A stretch of DNA of 64,000 nt from Terriglobales bacterium (GTDB lineage: Bacteria > Acidobacteriota > Terriglobia > Terriglobales > Acidobacteriaceae), in contig DASYVL010000055.1 in NCBI GenBank assembly GCA_035937135.1, positions 507 to 64,506 of the forward strand, written 5' to 3'. The notes beneath the pieces are model-generated. The model was not told where the DNA came from. It did no database searches and saw nothing but the letters and a program-made list of their open reading frames with translations. Positions 54,302 to 63,113 of this stretch are shown one piece after another. Numbering within the stretch: position 1 is the stretch's first letter; every line of letters begins with the position of its first letter. The position numbers and the translations under genes are program-made.

Positions 54302-55930
54302 TCAGACGCCCACAGGGAAGGGTTTGCTGTGGGCCTCGGCCGGGAGCGCCAGGCGCTCGAAGCGGCCTTGCAGCAGCGACATCAGCCCGGTGTACCAGTA
54401 GCCCAGCACGAACAGCAGCAGGAAGGGCACGGTCATGTAATTCTCGTTGTCAATGGCATAGTAGACCGTGGCCGCGAAGTAGGCGCCGATCAAAAGCTCG
54501 ATCCACGGCACCCAGCCCAGCCGCCGGCGGTATTTCGCGGCATTTGCCCTGTCCGCGCGGGTCTCCACCTTGTACTTTGGTGTCCGTTTGAACGACGACT
54601 GGATGCCCGCCAGCGCCTCCAGCACCGCGCGCGTGTTGGTGATGGTCAAGCCGATGCCCAGCGCCATCAGGAAGGGAAGATACAGGAAGGTCCGCGGCCA
54701 GGTCCGCGGATACAGCTCCTTCTGCGAGACCAGATAAAAAGACGAGATGGAGAAGGTGGAGGCCAGGAACAGCGGCAGATCGATGTAGAGCATCTGAAAC
54801 CAACCCTGGTAGAAGCGGACGATCATCGCCGGCAGCAAGAGCGTGGAGAGCACGATCATCAGCGGATAGCTCAAGTTGGCGGTCAGGTGGTACCAGGCTT
54901 CGATCTTCACCTTGCGCGGGACGTCGCTGCGCATCACCTGCGGCAGGATCTTTTTCGACACCTGGATCAGCCCCTTCGCCCAACGCGCCTGCTGCGTCTT
55001 GAAGGCGGTCATTTCGATGGGCAGCTCCGCCGGGCACTCCACGTCCTGCAGGTAGACGAACTTCCATCCCATGAGCTGGGCGCGATAGGAGAGGTCGGTG
55101 TCCTCGGTGAGGGTGTCGTGCTGCCAGCCACCCGCCTCCTCGATAGCCTGCCGCCGCCACATCCCTGCCGTGCCGTTGAAGTTGAAGAACACTCCGGTGC
55201 GCGAGCGCCCGCCGTGCTCCAGGATGAAGTGGCCGTCCAGCAGGATGGCCTCGACCTCGGTGAGGAAGGAATAGTTGCGATTGATGTGCGTCCAGCGCGT
55301 TTGCACCATGCCGGTCTGCGGGCCGGTGAAGTGGTGGATGACGCGCAGCAGGAAGTCCTCGGGCGGGACGAAGTCGGCGTCGAAGATGGCGATGAACTCG
55401 CCCTGCGCCGTCTTCATGCCCTCCCGCAAGGCCCCGGCCTTGAAGCCCTCGCGGTTATCCCGGTGGTGATAGCTGATGGGCTGGCCCAGCTCGGCATAGT
55501 GCTCCACTACGGCGCGGGCGACGGCCACGGTTTCGTCGGTCGAATCGTCGAGCACCTGGATGTCCAGCCGGTCCCGGGGATAGTCCAGCCGGCAGATGGA
55601 CTCCACCAGCCGCTCCACCACGAATTGCTCGTTGAAGATCGGCAACTGCACCGTCACCCGTGGCAGCTCCGCGAAGTGCCCGGGCGGCTCCGTGACCCGA
55701 TTCTTCCGATTCTTGTAATAGAGGAAGACCAGCACGTAGCGGTGCATCCCGTAGGAGGCCAGGATGATGAGCACCGCAAAGTAGGGGATCAGCAGGGCCA
55801 GGTCGAAGGCGTTGAGCTGGTAGAGCCCCTTGAAGGTGGTGTCGCGGACGTTGGCCTGCCACCACTCGGCCAGCCCGCGCTGGCGGGCCAAGAAGAGCGC
55901 AACTAACTGGATGGCGGCTAGGCAGGGCAA
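54302..55930 (-). CDS. Family-2 processive glycosyltransferase (cellulose-synthase/CslA-like) with multiple TM segments
   Basis: VTVQLPIFNE, DSTDET, FDADFVP, TEDTDLS and the QxxRW motif KTQQARWAKG are present. N- and C-terminal TM bundles flank them. Confidence 0.85.
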   Translation of the reverse strand: MPCLAAIQLVALFLARQRGLAEWWQANVRDTTFKGLYQLNAFDLALLIPYFAVLIILASYGMHRYVLVFLYYKNRKNRVTEPPGHFAELPRVTVQLPIFNEQFVVERLVESICRLDYPRDRLDIQVLDDSTDETVAVARAVVEHYAELGQPISYHHRDNREGFKAGALREGMKTAQGEFIAIFDADFVPPEDFLLRVIHHFTGPQTGMVQTRWTHINRNYSFLTEVEAILLDGHFILEHGGRSRTGVFFNFNGTAGMWRRQAIEEAGGWQHDTLTEDTDLSYRAQLMGWKFVYLQDVECPAELPIEMTAFKTQQARWAKGLIQVSKKILPQVMRSDVPRKVKIEAWYHLTANLSYPLMIVLSTLLLPAMIVRFYQGWFQMLYIDLPLFLASTFSISSFYLVSQKELYPRTWPRTFLYLPFLMALGIGLTITNTRAVLEALAGIQSSFKRTPKYKVETRADRANAAKYRRRLGWVPWIELLIGAYFAATVYYAIDNENYMTVPFLLLFVLGYWYTGLMSLLQGRFERLALPAEAHSKPFPVGV

Positions 55931-55950
55931 GGGACGATTGTAACGTAGGG

Positions 55951-55976
55951 TAGCGCCGCCGTCTCGCCGGCAACGA
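55951..55976. repeat. Second copy of the 26-nt REP-like element (TAGCGCCGCCGTCTCGCCGGCAACGA)
   Basis: It is 24/26 identical to 49565-49590. It lies in the 5' region of the glycosyltransferase operon. Confidence 0.6.
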
Positions 55977-55994
55977 CGACGCTTGCAGTGTACC

Positions 55995-56068
55995 CTGTCA
56001 AGACAGACATAACTCAGTTAGTTATGTTAGATAAGAAGCTTGCAAGTGAATGACATAAAGTGTTATGT
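55995..56068. promoter_or_regulatory. AT-rich divergent control region with operator-like palindromes
   Basis: Three palindromes are present: CTGTC-AA-GACAG (55995-56006), ACATAACT-N5-AGTTATGT (56007-56027) and ACATAA-AGTG-TTATGT (56053-56068). There are also direct repeats GCTTGCAGTG (55981-90) and GCTTGCAAGTG (56038-48). Confidence 0.35.
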
Positions 56069-56077
56069 AATGCACGC

Positions 56078-56770
56078 ATGACTCCTGACCTTCTCCACTC
56101 CGCCCGCCGCTCCCGCGGCTGGACGCAGAAGCGCGCGGCCCGCCAACTAGGGGTCACGCAGGCCTACCTTTCTATGCTGGAGCGTGGGCGCAGAGTCCCG
56201 CCTCCGGCGCTGGCGACGCGCCTGGCCGAGGTTTATTCCCTCTCCCCGGCCTCGCTTCCCCTGCCCGCCGGAGACTGGCAACCGCCGCCTGCGGGAGACC
56301 GGAAAGTCGCTGCGGAGTTAGGGCGGCTGGGCTATCCCGGCTTGGCCGCGCGGCGTCGCGGCGAGCAGAAGAATCCCGCCGAAGTCCTGCTGGCGGCCCT
56401 GGCGCTCGGGGACGTCAACCGGCGGCTGCTCCAGGCGCTGCCCTGGCTGTTGCTTCACTACCCGGAGATGGACACGGCCTGGCTCCTCGACCGCGCCAAG
56501 CGCCTCGACCTGCAAAACCGCATGGGCTTCATTGTGACCCTGGCGCGCGAGGTTCGCGAGGCCCGAGGCGAGGTGGTCCCGTCCAACCTCGCCGGCCTGG
56601 AGGCGGCGCTTGACCGCAGCAGGCTGGCGCGCTTCGGAACACTCTGCCAGTCTTCGATGTCTGAGGAAGAAGGCCGCACCCTGTACCAGGAGCGGTCGGA
56701 GACGGCCCGCCGCTGGAACCTGCTGACTGACCTCAAAGCGGAAGAGCTGCCCTACGCGGCTGGTGGCTAG
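56078..56770 (+). CDS. XRE-family helix-turn-helix regulator with an uncharacterised C-terminal domain
   Basis: ARRSRGWTQKRAARQLGVTQAYLSMLERGRRVP is a classic HTH_3. The start is ATG 56078, or GTG 56060 as in the track. Confidence 0.7.
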   Translation: MTPDLLHSARRSRGWTQKRAARQLGVTQAYLSMLERGRRVPPPALATRLAEVYSLSPASLPLPAGDWQPPPAGDRKVAAELGRLGYPGLAARRRGEQKNPAEVLLAALALGDVNRRLLQALPWLLLHYPEMDTAWLLDRAKRLDLQNRMGFIVTLAREVREARGEVVPSNLAGLEAALDRSRLARFGTLCQSSMSEEEGRTLYQERSETARRWNLLTDLKAEELPYAAGG

Positions 56771-57813
56771 TTGAGGAAGAAGCGGCGGTAGAGGGTATCG
56801 CGCTGGGCGGGGCGGAAGCCGGCGTCGCGGATGATGCGCCGCAGCTCCTCTTCGGTGGTGCAGTTGGAAGTGCCGGCGGCCTTGACCACGTTCTCCTCCA
56901 GCATCACCGAGCCCACGTCGTTGCCGCCGAAGCGCAGGCCGAGCTGGCAGACCTTCAGCCCCTGGGTGACCCAGCTCGACTGCACGTTCTCGATGTTGGT
57001 GAGGAAGAGGCGCGAGATGGCGAGGTTCTTCAGGTACTCGACCGAGGTGGCCTCCTCCCAGCCGCGCCCGCCCAGCGCCGTGTTCCCGGGCTGGAAGGTC
57101 CAGGGGATGAAGGCGGTGAAGCCGCCCGTTTCCTCCTGCAGGTCGTAGACGTACTGGAAGTGGTTCACGCGGTGGCGCAGCTCCTCGCCGCATCCGAACA
57201 TCATGGTGGCGGTGGTGCGCATGCCGAGCTTGTGCGCGGTGCGGTGGACGTTCAGCCAGTCTTCGGTGAGGCACTTGAGGCGGGCCACCTTGTAGCGCAC
57301 CTCGTCGTCCAGGATCTCGGCGCCGCCGCCGGGGATGGAATCCAGGCCGGCGTCGCGCAGGCGCACGATGGTGTCGCGGATGGAGATGCCCTCGAGGCCG
57401 GCGAAGTGAATGATCTCCGAGGCCGAGAAGCAGTGCAGGTGCACCTGGGGGAAGCGCTGCTTGATGCCCCGCAGCAGGTCTTCATACCACTTGAACGGCA
57501 GGTCGGGATTCAACCCGCCCTGCATCAGGATCCCCGTTCCGCCCAGCTCCACCGTCTCGCGGACCTTGTCGTAGATGGTCTCGAAGTTAAGCACGTACCC
57601 GGCAGCGCGGCCCGGGCCCTTCACTGGCGCGTAGAAGGCGCAGAAGGTGCAGTACTCGGTGCATAGGTTGGTGTAGTTGATGTTGCGGTCGATGATGTAG
57701 GTGACCACGCCCTCCGGATGCAGCCGCTTGCGGACGGCGTCGGCTTCCATCCCGATGCCGACGAGGTCATCGGAGTGGTAGAGGTCGAGGGCCTGGGCTT
57801 TGGTCAGGGACAT
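56767..57813 (-). CDS. mqnC: Radical-SAM futalosine-pathway enzyme of the MqnC/MqnE family, most likely cyclic dehypoxanthinyl futalosine synthase
   Basis: DRNINYTNLCTEYCTFCAF contains the CxxxCxxC motif. GGTGILMQGGLNP, DSIPGGGAEIL and MMFGCGEE...ETGGFTAFIPWTFQPGNT are present. The choice of MqnC over MqnE is not certain. Confidence 0.7.
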   Translation of the reverse strand: MSLTKAQALDLYHSDDLVGIGMEADAVRKRLHPEGVVTYIIDRNINYTNLCTEYCTFCAFYAPVKGPGRAAGYVLNFETIYDKVRETVELGGTGILMQGGLNPDLPFKWYEDLLRGIKQRFPQVHLHCFSASEIIHFAGLEGISIRDTIVRLRDAGLDSIPGGGAEILDDEVRYKVARLKCLTEDWLNVHRTAHKLGMRTTATMMFGCGEELRHRVNHFQYVYDLQEETGGFTAFIPWTFQPGNTALGGRGWEEATSVEYLKNLAISRLFLTNIENVQSSWVTQGLKVCQLGLRFGGNDVGSVMLEENVVKAAGTSNCTTEEELRRIIRDAGFRPAQRDTLYRRFFLN

Positions 57814-57828
57814 GAAGAGATTCTCATT

Positions 57829-58686
57829 CTAAACGGAAACCTGCGGTTCTTGTCCTCTCGTCCCGGCTCCTGCCCGGGCTGCAAGAAATTCCACCGGCCG
57901 GGACTGCGGAAGCAGCTCTGCCTCGGCCGCATAGCGGAAGAACAGCTCCATGCCGGCAAGGTTTTCGGCGTCCAGCGAATAGTCAATGTTCTGGGTCAGG
58001 TAACTGACCACCTTGACTTCGCTGAGGCTGACGCGCGGCGCCCACTCGCGGCCGAGCTGCTGAAGGTTCGCGGGCTGGAGGCCATGGTCGCGCGACTGCT
58101 GGAAGGTGCGCGCCAGATCCAGCGGCGCCTGCGCCAGCGCCTCGCGCCGCACCGCCCAGAAGGCGAAGACAAAAGGTTTTGCCGTCAGCCGGTGCCACTC
58201 CTCCGCCAGGTCGTAAATCAGGTACTGGGAGCGGCTGATGGTGAGCGCCGGGTCGCCGATGAGCAGCGCCGCGTCGCACCGGGCGAGCATCGTGCCGAGG
58301 TCGGGCGCCATGGGGAGGAACTCGCGGTCGCCGCCGTGCCACTTGCGGAAGAGCAGCCGCGCCAGCAGCACGGACGTCCGCGAAGAGGTGTCGGCGGCCA
58401 CGGTGCGGATCTCTTCCATGGGGACCTTGCTCACCAGCACGATGGAGCGCACGGTGCGCTTGGTGGCGATGGCTACCTCGGGGATGATGACCAGGTCGGG
58501 AATGGCGTGATAGGCGGCCACGGGGATGATTCCCACGTCTGCCGCGCCGGCGCGCAACTGCTCGGCGCAGGCCGAGGGCACCGTATACTCCAGGCGGAAC
58601 TCGGGCCGCGGCGCGCCGTGTTCGAAGTCCCAGAGCAGGGGCGCGGTGTTGAGGAACGAGATGGCGGAAACACGGACGGGCCGCAT
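57829..58686 (-). CDS. mqnA: Chorismate dehydratase (futalosine pathway)
   Basis: VRVSAISFLNTAPLLWDF...EYTVPSACAEQLRAGAADVGIIPVAAY...ALLIGDPAL is the typical MqnA pattern. Confidence 0.8.
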   Translation of the reverse strand: MRPVRVSAISFLNTAPLLWDFEHGAPRPEFRLEYTVPSACAEQLRAGAADVGIIPVAAYHAIPDLVIIPEVAIATKRTVRSIVLVSKVPMEEIRTVAADTSSRTSVLLARLLFRKWHGGDREFLPMAPDLGTMLARCDAALLIGDPALTISRSQYLIYDLAEEWHRLTAKPFVFAFWAVRREALAQAPLDLARTFQQSRDHGLQPANLQQLGREWAPRVSLSEVKVVSYLTQNIDYSLDAENLAGMELFFRYAAEAELLPQSRPVEFLAARAGAGTRGQEPQVSV

Positions 58687-58833
58687 GGTGTTGCCAACGC
58701 GATTCTAACAAACGACGGGCGCGGCTCAACTTGACAGCAATTCTTTCCCCTCTGCACAGTCCGCGCAGTTTTTCCCTTTCGAAAGGACCGAACGGTTCCC
58801 GCTGACCCGAAACCGGCAAGGGATCCTGGCCAC

Positions 58834-59954
58834 CTGCAGTGGCTGGCGCTGGCGCTCACGCCGCGCCTGGGGCTGGCGCGCGCCCGGTTGCTGGTGGAGC
58901 ACTTCGGCGGCGTAGAGAGCGTCTTCCGCGCATCCCTGACCGAGCTGGAAGCCGCTGGTCTGGAAGTGGCGTCGGCGCAATCGCTGGCCACGGGCAAGCC
59001 AATGGAACTGGCGGAAAGGGAAGCAATCAGCGCCGCGGCTGCCGGCGCAGAGTTGCTCACGCTCGACGACCCCGGCTATCCCGCCCGCCTGCGACAGATC
59101 TACGACCCGCCAGTGGCGCTCTACGTCCGGGGTGACGCCGCGGCGCTCACCCGGCCGTCGCTGGCTATAGTGGGCACGCGGCATCCCACGCCCTACGGGC
59201 TGGGAATGGCGCAGCGGCTCTCCTGCGACCTGGCCAACCGCGGTCTGGTGATCGTCAGCGGGCTGGCCCGAGGCATCGATGCCGCCGCCCACCGCGGCGC
59301 AATCACCGCCAAAGGATGCACGGTCGCCATCTTCGGCACCGGCATTGACGTGATGTATCCCCGCGAGAACAAGAAGATCGCCGAGAGCATGCTCAGGCTG
59401 GGCGGGCATGGGTGACCGAGTTCCCGGTGGGGGCGTTCCCGGCGCCGCAGAATTTTCTCATCCGCAACCGCATCATCAGCGGGCTGGCGGTGGGAGTGCT
59501 GGTGATCGAGGCGGGCGAGTACAGCGGCACGCGCATCACCGCGCGCTGCGCCCTGGAGCAGAACCGCGAAGTCTTCGCCGTCCCCGGCAACGTCACCTCC
59601 AAGGGCTCCTGGGGGCCAAACACGCTGATCAAGCAGGGAGTCAAGCTGGTCGCGACCTGGGAAGACGTCTTCGAAGACCTGCCCGCGGACGCGCGTCTCA
59701 CGCTCGCGCTCGCGGGAGCTTCTGCAACCGAATCCGGGGTGACTGCATCTCTATTCGACGAGGAGGCGCTTCCTCCGCACGAGCGCCGGCTCTTTGCCCT
59801 GCTCAAGCCCGACGAGTCCACGCACATCGACGAACTGGTAGAGCACCTGGAGCCGGAGATTTCCGCGTCTGAAATCTTCGCCGCGCTCTTCGAGCTCGAG
59901 CTGGCGGGGAAGATCCGCCAGCTCCCAGGCAAGAATTTTGTCAGGAGTTTCTAG
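58834..59954 (+). pseudogene. dprA: DNA-processing protein DprA, split by a 1-nt frameshift near 59404-59408 and lacking a canonical start
   Basis: Track ORFs 58888..59415 (...IVGTRHPTPYG...VSGLARGIDAAAHRGA...VMYPRENKKIAESMLRLGGHG*) and 59412..59954 (VTEFPVGAFPAPQNFLIRNRIISGL...EVFAVPGN...) are consecutive halves of DprA in different frames. The conserved N-terminus HLQWLALALTPRLGLARARLL lies upstream of TTG 58888. Confidence 0.65.
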
Positions 59955-60034
59955 GCGCTTTTGTGCGGGACGGAAACACCCCAAAGCTGACAGTTTCATT
60001 CATTCCGTGCTAGTGTCGAAATAAGAGAACAACA

Positions 60035-62566
60035 TTGCCCAAAGCCCTCGTCATCGTCGAATCGCCCGCCAAGGCGAAGACCATCAACAAATATCTCGGC
60101 AAGGACTACGAGGTCGAAGCCTCGCTCGGCCACGTCAAAGACCTGCCCAAGAGCGGGCTGGGAGTGGACGTGGAGAACGACTTCGCGACCGAGCTGGTGA
60201 TCATTCCAGGCAAAGAAAAAGTGGTCGCGATGCTGAAGAAGAAGGCGCTGAAGGCGGCGGCGGTGTACCTGGCGCCCGATCCGGACCGCGAAGGCGAAGC
60301 CATCGCCGCGCACCTGGCGGAGGAGTTCGGGGTCACCCGCGACAGCCCGCAGGCCAAAGTGCCGGTGTATCGGGTGAGCTTCAACGAGATCACGCAGCGC
60401 GCGGTGAAGGAGGCCTTCGAGCATCCTCGGGGCTTGGATTGGAACCTGGTGGACGCGCAGCAGGCCCGCCGTGTGCTCGACCGCCTGGTGGGATACAAGA
60501 TCTCTCCCCTGCTTTGGGACAAGGTGAAGCGCGGCCTCTCGGCGGGCCGGGTGCAGACGGTGGCGCTGCGCTTCATCGCGGAGCGGGAGATCGAGATCCG
60601 CGCCTTTCGGAAGCAGGAGTACTGGACCATCGACGCCGTCCTGGAAGGGGCGGTCCCGCCGAACTTCGAGGCGCGCTTCACCGGCAGGAACGGCGAGCGC
60701 TACGACAAGATGCAGATCGGCGACGAGGCGCAGGCGCAATCCCTGGTGCAGCCGCTGCAAAAGGCGGAGTGGACCGTGGCCAGCGTGGAGCGGCGCGAGC
60801 AACAGCGCCGGCCGCTGGCGCCCTTTACCACCAGCAAGTTCCAGCAGGACGCCTCACGCAAGCTGGGACTTCCGGTGCGGGTGGCCATGGGCATCGCGCA
60901 GAAGCTCTACATGGGCGTGGATCTGGGGGACGAAGGTTCGGTGGGCCTGATCACCTACATGCGCACAGATTCGGTGCGGGTGGCGAATGAAGCCATCCAC
61001 GAAGCGCGCGACTACATCACCCGCGAGTTCGGCCGGCAGAACCTGCCCGAGGCGCCCAACATCTATCGCTCGAAGAAAGGCGGCGCCACCCAGGATGCGC
61101 ACGAAGCCATCCGGCCGACGTCGGTGGAGCGCACGCCCGAGATGGCGCGGCGGTATCTGCAGCCCAACGAGTTCCGCGTGTACAACCTGGTGTGGCAGCG
61201 CTTCGTGGCCTCGCAGATGACGCCCGCGATGTACGACCGCACGATGGTGGAGATCGAGGCCAAGGCGGGCGGCGAGACCGCCAACTTCCGCGTGACCGGT
61301 TCGGTGCTGAAGTCGCCCGGCTTCCTGGCGGTGTACGAGGCGGCCAAGGAAGGCAAGGACGAAGCCGACGAAGAACTTGAGCACAGCCTTCCGCCGCTGG
61401 AGGCAGGCCAGCGGCTCCAGCTGCAAGGGCTGAAGCCGGAGCAGCACTTCACCGAACCGCCGCCGCGCTACAACGAGGCCTCGCTGGTCAAGGAGTTGGA
61501 GGAGCGCGGCGTGGGCCGCCCCTCGACCTACGCGCAGATCATCAGCAGCATCCAGGACCGCGGGTACGTGATCAAGCACGAACGGCGCTTCGCGCCCACC
61601 GAAACCGGCGAGGTGGTGTCCGAGCTGCTGGTGAAGAACTTCGGAGACATCTTCGATCCCAACTATACCGCTCGCCTGGAGGAGGAACTGGACGACATCG
61701 AAGAGGGCCGCGAGAAATGGACCGTGGCCATGGGGGACTTCTACAGCAAGCTGGAGAAGGACATCCGCATCGCCGAGAAGAAGATGGAAAACATCAAGAC
61801 CATGAAGAAGCCGACCAGCGAGAAGTGCGAACGCTGCGGCTCGCCCATGGTGGAGCGCTGGGGACGCCACGGCTGGTTCTTGGCCTGCAGCACGTACGAC
61901 CGGAAAAAGAAGGGAAGCTGCGACTTCACCCGCGAGAAGCCGGACAAGGAACTCACGGTGGACGCCGACACCGAAGAGGAGATTTGCGAGGAATGCGGGC
62001 AGCCCATGGTGCTGCGCCGCGGGCGCTTCGGGCAGTTCCTGGCCTGCACGTCGTATCCCAAGTGCCGCACCACCCGGCGGCTCGACCAGGGCAAGCGCGT
62101 GCCGGACATCCCCCTGGACGAGAAGTGCCCGCAGTGCGGCCGCAACATGGTGATGCGTCACGGGCGCTTCGGGGAGTTCACCTCCTGCTCCGGCTACCCG
62201 GAGTGCAAGTACATCAAGCAGAACTTCATCGGGATGAAGTGCCCGGAGTGCAAGCAGGGCGAGCTGGTGGAGAAGAAGGCGCGGCAACGCGGCAACCTCT
62301 TCTATGGTTGCGGGCGCTACCCGGAGTGCAAGTTCACCTCCAACTGGAAGCCGGTGGCGGAGAAGTGTCCGCAGTGCGGCAGCGAGTATCTGGTGGAGAA
62401 GATGCTGAAAGCGGGCCCGGTGCTGGCCTGTCCCAACGCTCGCCGTTCGGAGTCGGAAGAGGACGAGCCCCGGCCGCGCGCTCGCAAGGGCAAGGCCGCC
62501 GGCAAGGAAGCCGCCGTCAAATGTGACTACTCCCGGCCGCTGCCGGCGCCGGTGGCGGCGGTCTGA
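60035..62566 (+). CDS. topA: DNA topoisomerase I with four C-terminal zinc-ribbon repeats
   Basis: The TOPRIM region is LVIVESPAKAKTI...LAPDPDREGEAIA. ITYMRTDS carries the active-site Tyr. There are four CxxC...CxxC zinc fingers. The start is TTG. Confidence 0.95.
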   Translation: MPKALVIVESPAKAKTINKYLGKDYEVEASLGHVKDLPKSGLGVDVENDFATELVIIPGKEKVVAMLKKKALKAAAVYLAPDPDREGEAIAAHLAEEFGVTRDSPQAKVPVYRVSFNEITQRAVKEAFEHPRGLDWNLVDAQQARRVLDRLVGYKISPLLWDKVKRGLSAGRVQTVALRFIAEREIEIRAFRKQEYWTIDAVLEGAVPPNFEARFTGRNGERYDKMQIGDEAQAQSLVQPLQKAEWTVASVERREQQRRPLAPFTTSKFQQDASRKLGLPVRVAMGIAQKLYMGVDLGDEGSVGLITYMRTDSVRVANEAIHEARDYITREFGRQNLPEAPNIYRSKKGGATQDAHEAIRPTSVERTPEMARRYLQPNEFRVYNLVWQRFVASQMTPAMYDRTMVEIEAKAGGETANFRVTGSVLKSPGFLAVYEAAKEGKDEADEELEHSLPPLEAGQRLQLQGLKPEQHFTEPPPRYNEASLVKELEERGVGRPSTYAQIISSIQDRGYVIKHERRFAPTETGEVVSELLVKNFGDIFDPNYTARLEEELDDIEEGREKWTVAMGDFYSKLEKDIRIAEKKMENIKTMKKPTSEKCERCGSPMVERWGRHGWFLACSTYDRKKKGSCDFTREKPDKELTVDADTEEEICEECGQPMVLRRGRFGQFLACTSYPKCRTTRRLDQGKRVPDIPLDEKCPQCGRNMVMRHGRFGEFTSCSGYPECKYIKQNFIGMKCPECKQGELVEKKARQRGNLFYGCGRYPECKFTSNWKPVAEKCPQCGSEYLVEKMLKAGPVLACPNARRSESEEDEPRPRARKGKAAGKEAAVKCDYSRPLPAPVAAV

Positions 62567-62624
62567 GCGCCTGTAATAAGATATCTGGCTGCAATCCAAT
62601 CCTACCGAAGAAGGAATCCAGCCC

Positions 62625-63110
62625 ATGGCCAAGCAGAGAAAATCAAAAGCAACCGCAAAGGACGCGAAGTTGATCCTTCAACTCTACGACCTCCGCCGCG
62701 AGGCGGAGATGCGCAAGGCGCGCAACTTCTACGGGATCCAGTTCAACCCGCAGTCCACGGAAGACGCGATGAAAGTGATGACTGCCTTCGGCTCCGATGA
62801 GAACCGCTGGCTGCGGCAAGTGGTCTCCTACTGGGAGATGGCGGCTTCGCTCGTCCTGCGGGGAACGATCAACGAGGAACTGTTCCTCGACTCCAACGGC
62901 GAGATGTTCTTCGTCTATGGAAAGATCAAGCCCTTCCTCCCCGGCCTGCGCAAGGCGATGAATTCGCCCGAGTTCCTGGGCCACATGGAGAAGCTGATCC
63001 ATCGTTCCGCAGAGGGCCGCAAGAGGCTCAAGGACATGGAGCAGCGCCTGGCGCAATTCGCCAAGATGCGCGCCGCCTCGGCCACGGAGAAGCGCGAGTA
63101 CGGGACTTAG
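62625..63110 (+). CDS. Conserved hypothetical protein
   Basis: Codon usage looks coding, and GAAGGA lies upstream of the ATG. I recognised no domain. Confidence 0.6.
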   Translation: MAKQRKSKATAKDAKLILQLYDLRREAEMRKARNFYGIQFNPQSTEDAMKVMTAFGSDENRWLRQVVSYWEMAASLVLRGTINEELFLDSNGEMFFVYGKIKPFLPGLRKAMNSPEFLGHMEKLIHRSAEGRKRLKDMEQRLAQFAKMRAASATEKREYGT

Positions 63111-63113
63111 CCG

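Noticed and set aside
60854-62632. A 592-aa minus-strand ORF.
   Set aside because: It is antisense to topA. It has no recognisable motifs.
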